From a virus, in the IMG/VR virus record IMGVR_UViG_3300022758_000053, positions 1 to 15,723 of that record: DNA of 15,723 nucleotides; one strand, written 5' to 3'. The translations under genes were made by a program, and so were the position numbers. How positions within the stretch are numbered: the stretch's first letter is position 1; each line of letters opens with the position of its first letter. Below the pieces are notes generated by a model. That model was given only the letters and a program-made list of their open reading frames with translations. It was not told the origin of the DNA and did no database searches. Below, piece by piece: positions 14,731 through 15,723 of the stretch.

Positions 14731-15021
14731 TTAGGTGGTAGTTTCTGATTTTTGGTATTCTTCGTAAAAATCAAAACCCTGCTCTCTAAGTCTGCTGAGT
14801 TTTCGTGCCATAATTTTATTCAAAAGATCAACAACATCCTTTTTATCTTCAGCATCCAGTCTGACCGATGACGAGATGTCTATCCCGTTAATGCTTTCGT
14901 AAACTTTGACCTCGATATAGTTCTTCCCTTCGGCTGAACTTAGCACTCTTACAATGTCACTTAAGACCCTTGACTCGTCCCAGACTTCTTCAAATTCTTT
15001 GAATGTTATCGTTGCTCTCAC
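14731..15021 (-). CDS. Hypothetical protein (96 aa, GTG start without a clear RBS)
   Basis: The ORF is in operon orientation. Its first codon is GTG at 15021. An upstream 20-codon ORF (ATG about 15052) with a GGGAGGG motif lies in another frame and overlaps the start. Confidence 0.5.
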   Translation of the reverse strand: MRATITFKEFEEVWDESRVLSDIVRVLSSAEGKNYIEVKVYESINGIDISSSVRLDAEDKKDVVDLLNKIMARKLSRLREQGFDFYEEYQKSETTT

Positions 15022-15087
15022 CTCTAAACTTCATTTTTTGATTATCTGCCATAATTAATGCCTACCCTCCCACCACTTCATGTTCTG

Positions 15088-15408
15088 TTACTTCGCCAAG
15101 AAGTCTAGGAGTGCTTTGATGCCATCTTTCATGGATTCTTCACGCTCCGTGCGTTCAAAGCCCGAGCCGTCAAGCTTAGTTACGTTGTATTCAGCTTCTA
15201 CGATAAGCACTTCGCAGCCAAACGCTTCGGCAAGTTTATCAAGTTCGGTTTTTTGTTCTTCATACGAATCGAACGGTAAAATTAGTGCACCTCTTAACTC
15301 AGTAGTAAAACCCGCTTCAAATGCTAAGCTACCTCTGTCTTTGTATTTTCCAAGAAATCTATCTTTTTCTGCGCTGTAAAATACGACTAGTTTATTGTTT
15401 TCTTTCAT
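15088..15408 (-). CDS. Hypothetical protein (106 aa)
   Basis: ATG 15408 lies 2 nt after the upstream stop, and its GAGGAAG RBS sits within the last codons of the LPXTG gene. No family was recognised. Confidence 0.65.
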   Translation of the reverse strand: MKENNKLVVFYSAEKDRFLGKYKDRGSLAFEAGFTTELRGALILPFDSYEEQKTELDKLAEAFGCEVLIVEAEYNVTKLDGSGFERTEREESMKDGIKALLDFLAK

Positions 15409-15410
15409 GA

Positions 15411-15723
15411 TTATTCTTCCTCACCTTCGTTGTACTTCTTGAAGCTCAATGCCAAACTTGCGATACCTGCAGCGATAACTACAAGGCCAAGAGTTGACAT
15501 GATGCCCTCTTTTTCGCCAGTGTTTGGCAAGACACCACCGTAAACCGTTGTATTTGCCACCTCTTTTGGCTCAGAATCGAGTTTATAAGAGACTGTGGTG
15601 GTAGATTGTGCCACTTTGCCATTAGAACGCTCTACGCTCGTTTTAGGGGCTTTTTCTGGCGTGCTAGGTTTTTCTGGTGTTGGTTTAGTTGGTTCCTCTG
15701 GGATTTCTAGTTCTGGCAAGTCC
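15411..15723 (-). CDS. C-terminal part of an LPXTG cell-wall-anchored surface protein (5' end outside the window)
   Basis: A Pro/Thr/Lys/Glu-rich wall-spanning segment (PEEPTKPTPEKPSTPEKAPK) is followed by LPNTG, a hydrophobic helix (IMSTLGLVVIAAGIASLALSF) and a KK tail. This is a complete sortase A sorting signal. The frame stays open to the window edge. Confidence 0.8.
   Translation of the reverse strand, partial: DLPELEIPEEPTKPTPEKPSTPEKAPKTSVERSNGKVAQSTTTVSYKLDSEPKEVANTTVYGGVLPNTGEKEGIMSTLGLVVIAAGIASLALSFKKYNEGEEE

Overview
The window looks like the early-to-late portion of a temperate, pac-type siphovirus prophage of a low-GC Gram-positive host, probably Streptococcus. That assignment is a judgement from protein families, not a database result. 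All credible genes are on the minus strand, so transcription runs from right to left. From high to low coordinates the order is as follows. First is the C-terminal end of an LPXTG cell-wall-anchored protein, followed by two small ORFs. Next is a recombination module of Erf, a DUF1351-like protein, SSB and RusA. Then come small unknown ORFs, a DUF1642-like protein, an HTH-MazG fusion and a compact C5-methyltransferase-like protein. A membrane protein follows, then an HNH / YopX / HNH trio and two unknown proteins. After these lies a 790-bp ORF-free island (6298-7087). The last block is arpU, terS, terL, an SPP1-type portal, a gp7/MuF-type minor head protein, a scaffold protein and the major capsid protein. 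Genes are tightly packed, with many ATGA, TAATG and TGATG stop/start overlaps. The 790-bp gap is therefore the main anomaly. It contains two tRNA-derived acceptor/T-arm minihelices that lack anticodon arms. It also holds several long-range helices, an orphan near-perfect Shine-Dalgarno sequence, and plus-strand promoter and terminator-like signals. I consider it the best candidate for an undescribed RNA-based element, or for a GOLLD/ROOL-class large prophage RNA. Secondary points of interest are the LPXTG protein inside the early operon, the HTH-MazG fusion, an internally duplicated 215-aa protein, and 11-bp-phased repeats upstream of terS. No CRISPR array, transposase, integrase or canonical tRNA/rRNA was seen. 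All family assignments come from motif recognition by eye, and no searches were run.
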